Below the pieces are notes generated by a model. That model had not been told where the DNA came from, did not search any database, and worked only from the letters and a program-made list of their open reading frames with translations. From NCBI RefSeq assembly GCF_001457615.1, contig NZ_LN831024.1, positions 3,690,001-3,722,000 of the forward strand: 32,000 bases of DNA, in the 5' to 3' direction. Origin of the DNA: Pseudomonas aeruginosa (lineage in GTDB: Bacteria; Pseudomonadota; Gammaproteobacteria; Pseudomonadales; Pseudomonadaceae). Position 1 is the first letter of the stretch. Every line of letters starts with the position of its first letter. This document shows, in pieces, positions 27,350 through 32,000 of this stretch. A program made the translations under genes and the position numbers.

Positions 27350-29289
27350 CCATGCCCTGTAGTTCGCGGCCCAGCTCCGCCAGTTGTTCGCTGGACGAAG
27401 CCGTCGACTGCATGGCCTGGGCCGACTGATCGGCCACCTCGCGGATCGCCGTGACGCTGCGGTTGATCTCCTCGGCGACCGCGCTCTGCTGCTCGGAGGC
27501 CGCGGCGATCTGCTGGTTCATCTTCTGGATCAGCGCCACCGCCGTGGCGATGTTGCCCAGCGCCGCCTCGGTCTGCAACGCGTCGTCGACGCTCTGGTCC
27601 ACCAACTGGTGGCTGCGCTGCATACGCTGCACCGCCTGCTGCGTGCCATTCTGCAAGGCACCGATCAGGGTCTCGATCTCGGCCGTGGACTGTTGGGTGC
27701 GCCGCGCCAGCGCCCGCACCTCGTCGGCGACCACGGCGAAGCCTCGACCCTGGTCGCCGGCCCGCGCCGCCTCGATGGCGGCGTTCAGCGCCAGCAGGTT
27801 GGTCTGCTCGGCCACGCTCTTGATCACGTCCAGCACGCTGCCGATGCGCTGGCTGTCGGCGCTCAGCGCCTCGACGCTGGCGGTGGCCGCGCGCACCGCC
27901 TCGGCCAGTCGCTCGATCCGCTCCAGGGTCTGGCGTACCACCTCCTGGCCGACGCTGACCTTGCCGTCGGCGCTTTCCGCCGCCCCCGCGGCTTCCTCGG
28001 CGTTGTGCGCCACTTCATGGACGGTGGCGGCCATCTGGTTCATCGCCGTGGCCACCTGTTCGGTTTCCGCCCGCTGGCTGTCGATTCCCAGGCGGGTGCG
28101 CGTGGTAACGCCGGACAGCGCCTCGGAAGCGCCGGCAATCCGCCCGACGCCGTCCTGCAACTGGCTGACGATACCGCGCAGGCTGCCGGTCATGGCGCGC
28201 ATCGCGGCCATCAGTTGGCCAACCTCGTCGCGCCGCTCGCTGTCGACCCGTACCGCAAGGTCGCCTTCGGCGATCCGCTGCGCCACACCCATCGCCTGGC
28301 GCAGCGGACGGACGATCAGCAGGCTGATGCCGAAGGCCGCGCCCAGGCCCACCAGCAGCGCCAGCACGGCGGCGCCGACGATCAGCAGGGAGTTTGTCCG
28401 CAGGCTGTGGAGCATGGCCTGCTGCTGCGCCTCCCAGCTACGGTCGACACGCGCCATCACCTGCCCGGCGCGCTCGCCCATGGCGGCGTACATCTGCCGC
28501 TCCTGGCGCTGACTGGCGCGGTACTCGGCGAGCTTGTCGGCGAAACCGCGGATATTGGTCAGCACGTCCTTGACCACCGACACGTAGGCATCGTCGGTGA
28601 TCGCCTGCTCCAGCAGGGCTGCCAGCTCCAGCGCCTCGCGCAGCGATTTCGGCGGCCCCTCCTGCGCATCCGCGGCGCGCGCTTCGAGACGCGAGCGGGC
28701 CTCGTCCAGCCCCTGAAGGACCAGGCGATTGACCTGGGCGACCTGGGCCGCCTGCTGCAACAGCGGCTCGCCGTCGTGCCCCTGGCTCTCCTTCAGCGCA
28801 TAGGCGCCATCCTCGGCCAGGCTGGACTGGAGGATATCGAGGCTGTTGGCGGCGCCGTTCAGCGACCAGCTGGCGCTTTCCCAAGCCAACTGGCGTCCCT
28901 GGATGGACTGCTCGAAGCGGCCGAACGCTTCGAGGTACGCCGCCAGCACCTGCTCCACCTCGGCCATGCCAAGCGCCTGATCGGCGTCGCCGTCGGCCTT
29001 GAGCCGGCCCACCCGTTCGAGGGTCGCGGCCAGGCGCTGGCGCAAGCGCTCGGCGTCGCTCTTTCCCCGTGCAGGGCAAAGTCCTTCTCGGCCTGGCGAA
29101 CCTCCAGCACGTCGCGATTGATCGCGCTCATCTCCTGCAGGCGCGCGAAGCGCTGCCCCAGCGCATGCAGCGAGAGCACCGCGAGCGCGGCCACCAGCGC
29201 GGTCAATAGCAGGACCAGGGTAAAACCGATGGCCAGTTTCTTCGCCGTGCCGAGATCGGCCAGACGCCTGCGCAGCAACCCCAGCATGA
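27330..29289 (-). CDS. Methyl-accepting chemotaxis protein, with an apparent frame disruption near 29061-29070
   Basis: C-terminal signalling domain has [44 protein letters not shown]. The N-terminus [47 protein letters not shown]...[14 protein letters not shown] (ATG at 29289) is in a different frame from the rest. Confidence 0.9.
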
Positions 29290-29488
29290 CTCCCCTCCCC
29301 CGTGACGCGCCGTCTGCGTGCGCATTTCCCGCTGTGTCGCGCGTTTTTCGCCGAACCTGAGCGGCCGGGCAAGGTAGTGGCACGATAATGGCCAGGAGAG
29401 ATATGCGCAGGTCGTTTCCAGGATATCCGGGCTGACGTCGGGCGGCCGCGGAGCCATACTGGGCGCCCCATGGAAAAAGGAGCTTGCC

Positions 29489-29896
29489 ATGCGTCCCGTA
29501 TTGCCGCTGTTGCTGTCGCTGAGTCTGTGCGCCCCCGCCCTGGCCGACTGGAGCGGCCCGATCGAGCAGCCGCTCTGGTCGTTGCCGGCGACGCCGGGCC
29601 TGTCGCGCTGGCTGATCGTGCACAACCTGTCGAGCGCGGCGGCCGACGGCCTGTACCACGTCGAGGTCCTGGAGCGCCGCCAGGGCCAGCAGCCCTGGCA
29701 GTTCCAGCGCCTGGCCGCGCACCTGGCGCTGACCGAACAGGCGCTGCGCGCGAGTATCGTGGCGCCGCTGAAACGCGGCGGGGTGTATCCGGAAAGCTAC
29801 CAGTTCGCCTATCGCCAGTGGCAGGAACGCCAGGCCGCGGGCCAGGCGCCGGTGTGCCGGCGCACGGTCGACGAGTGCCTGCGGGCGCCGGACTGA
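29489..29896 (+). CDS. Small predicted secreted/periplasmic protein of unknown function
   Basis: 135-aa ORF with a clear signal peptide [30 protein letters not shown]... and a C-terminal Cys pair. Confidence 0.8.
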   Translation: MRPVLPLLLSLSLCAPALADWSGPIEQPLWSLPATPGLSRWLIVHNLSSAAADGLYHVEVLERRQGQQPWQFQRLAAHLALTEQALRASIVAPLKRGGVYPESYQFAYRQWQERQAAGQAPVCRRTVDECLRAPD

Positions 29897-29902
29897 GCCC
29901 GA

Positions 29903-30511
29903 CTACCTGGGCCGGATCATGCTGAACGTGTCGCGGGTATAGCTGTAGTGGCTGCCGCCCAGGCGACCGACCAGGTCGAGCCTGTCGCTATCCACATGGC
30001 GCTCGTCGGCCAGCACGGCATCGTCGACATGGGCCAGCAGCACGCGGGCGAAGATCAGGTGGCAATTGGGGTTCTCCGCCGGATACGGCTTGATCTCCGC
30101 CACCTCGCACTCGAAGGCCACCGCCGCCGCGGCGATCCGCGGCGGCGCCACGCGTACGCTGGACACGGTAGGGATGCCGACCGTCTCGATCTCGCTCACG
30201 CCATGGGGCAGCCAGGCGGAGGTGGCGTTCATGGTCTCTGCCTGGGCGGCGCCGACCAGGTGGATCACCAACTGCCCGGTGGCCTGGACGTTGCGCAGGG
30301 TGTCCTTGAGGCTGCCGTCGTCGCGCAGGCTGACGTTGACCATCAGGGTCGGCGGCTCGTCGCTGATCACCTGGAAGAAGCTGAACGGGGCCAGGTTGCT
30401 GGCGCCCTCGGCGGACAGGGTCGAGACCCAGGCAATCGGTCGCGGGGTGACGGTGGAAGCCAACCAGCGATAGGCCTCGGCGGGAGCGATGGTGGTGAAG
30501 TCCAGTTGCAT
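29903..30511 (-). CDS. Flavin reductase-like domain (FMN-binding split barrel) protein
   Basis: 202-aa [63 protein letters not shown]..., typical of this family. Confidence 0.94.
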   Translation of the reverse strand: MQLDFTTIAPAEAYRWLASTVTPRPIAWVSTLSAEGASNLAPFSFFQVISDEPPTLMVNVSLRDDGSLKDTLRNVQATGQLVIHLVGAAQAETMNATSAWLPHGVSEIETVGIPTVSSVRVAPPRIAAAAVAFECEVAEIKPYPAENPNCHLIFARVLLAHVDDAVLADERHVDSDRLDLVGRLGGSHYSYTRDTFSMIRPR

Positions 30512-30648
30512 GGCGGTCTCGCGGAAATCGACGGAGGGGACGCCGATTATGCCGCAGCCCCGCAGCTCTCGCGACCGTCTGCGCCGAGGCCCTGCGCCAC
30601 CTGGAAGCAGCGGCTAGACTTGCCCTACCCTCACCCAGGAGCCCTGCC

Positions 30649-30996
30649 ATGAACTATCGAGGAAGCTGCCACTGCGGAACCATCGCCTACGAAGTCGAAG
30701 GCGACCTCGACCAGGTGATCCAGTGCAACTGTTCACTGTGCAGCCGGCGCGGCTGGCTGCTGTGGTTCGTCCCGCGCGACCGTCTGGCGCTGAAGACGCC
30801 GGCCAGCGCGATGCACACCTACACCTTCAACACCCATCGCCTGCAGCATCACTTCTGCCCCACCTGCGGCTGCGCGCCGTTCAGCGAAGGCATAGGCCCG
30901 GACGGCCAGGCGATGGCCGCGGTCAACGCGCGCTGCCTGGAGGACATCGACGCCAGCGCGCTCCCGGTACAGCACTACGATGGCCGCAACGCCTGA
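30649..30996 (+). CDS. GFA (glutathione-dependent formaldehyde-activating-like) family protein
   Basis: 115-aa [39 protein letters not shown]...[11 protein letters not shown], zinc-binding Cys motifs. Confidence 0.94.
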
Positions 30997-32000
30997 CGCT
31001 GGCGCAGGTAGCCGATCACCTCGGCCTGGTTGCCGCGGAACTCGACGCGGTCTTCCTTGCTCTGCCGCTGGAAGGCGTACATCGGGTCGTAGTACTCCTT
31101 GAGCAGCCCCTCGATCCAGCCGCGATGGGTATCCACCGAGCCGTCGCGGCCCTGCTCTTCCAGCGCCTGCACGAGGATCGCCGCCAGCCGCTGGTAGCGC
31201 TCGCCGCCGAGGCGCTTGACGATGCCGGCGAGGCTCTTCTGCAGGTAGGCGGAGAAGGCGGCGAAGCCCTCCTCCACGCCCACCACACGCTCGAACTCGC
31301 TGCGCAGGTCGATCACGTAGTCCCTGAGGATACGCTCGACACGCTGCTCGAAGGCATCCTCCAGCCAGACCAGCGGGTAGCCCTGCATGCCCTGGTACAG
31401 CTCCAGCGGCAAGGAGCAGCTGCCGACGATCCGCCCCTCGTCCTCGAGGACGAACTGGCCGACGCCACGATGACGCTTCTTCAGGATGTCGATGGCCAGG
31501 CGGTTCTCGAAGTCGATCTGCGCCGGCTGCGGCGTGGCTCGCCGGCCAAAGCTGGAGCCGCGGTGGTTGGCGTGGCCTTCGAGATCGAGGCTGTTGTCCA
31601 GCGCCGCGATCACCTCGGTCTTGCCGCAACCGGTGAGGCCGCCGACCAGCACGAAATCGCACTCGTCGACCGCCGCGCGGGTGGTTTCGAAAAGGAAGTT
31701 GCGCAACGCCTTGTAGCCGCCGATCACCCGTGGGTAGTCGATGCCGGCGTCCTGCTTCAGCCACTGCTGGACGATCTGCGAGCGCAGGCCGCCGCGGAAG
31801 CAATACAGGTAGCCGTTCGGGTTGGCTTCGGCGAAGGCTTTCCAGGCCGCCAGCCGTTCGGCCTTGAGCGCCCCGCAGACCAGTTCGTGGCCAAGGGCGA
31901 TGGCGGCCTGCTGGCCGTGCTGCTTGTAGCTGGTGCCGACCTTCTGCCGCTCGATGTCGTTCATCAGCGGCCGGTTGACAGTGTTGGGAAAGGCGCCCTT
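30975..32000 (-). CDS. selU: tRNA 2-selenouridine synthase, truncated by the right window edge
   Basis: Frame continues upstream of the track's Met (...[40 protein letters not shown]); rhodanese Cys in [11 protein letters not shown] and P-loop [10 protein letters not shown]. Confidence 0.96.

Noticed and set aside
25445-27429. 347-aa minus and 544-aa plus ORFs over the SulP permease
   Set aside because: Out-of-frame shadows of a clearly identified transporter.
1-32000. CRISPR arrays, tRNA/rRNA genes, transposases, phage genes, retrons or toxin-antitoxin pairs
   Set aside because: No regularly spaced repeats, no recognisable RNA genes and no mobile-element proteins seen on reading both strands. 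A formal scan (tRNAscan-SE, minced, Infernal) was not possible here.

Overview
The window looks like a Pseudomonas aeruginosa chromosomal segment, with gene content and order matching the PAO1 PA1669-PA1643 neighbourhood in reverse orientation. The left half (1-16743, all minus strand) is a type VI secretion core operon of the H2/HSI-II type. Its transcription order is tssA-tssB-tssC-tssE-(PAAR-like ORF)-tssF-tssG-clpV-sfa (sigma54 activator)-small lipoprotein-fha-tssJ-tssK-tssL-tssM, and tssM runs off the left edge. An AT-rich intergenic region (about 16744-17400) follows, with a las/rhl-type box and several clear palindromes, then a possibly decayed stretch (about 17400-17900). The right half is ordinary housekeeping and metabolic DNA: GST, PLP aminotransferase with a divergent MarR regulator, membrane protein, BenE transporter, bile-acid/Na+ symporter family, SDR, MDR-type oxidoreductase, SulP permease, chemotaxis transducer, small secreted protein, flavin-reductase-like protein, GFA protein, and selU running off the right edge. 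I did not find a wholly new system. The best leads are: (1) a PAAR-like ORF with a strong RBS between tssE and tssF whose C-terminal half is not PAAR-like; (2) two apparent -1 frame disruptions, one cutting the Fis-type HTH off the sigma54 activator and one separating the N-terminus of the chemotaxis transducer; (3) a repeated GCAA-N4-TTGC palindrome family plus a 22-bp palindrome upstream of the T6SS operon; (4) a 46-aa lipoprotein gene missing from the supplied ORF track.
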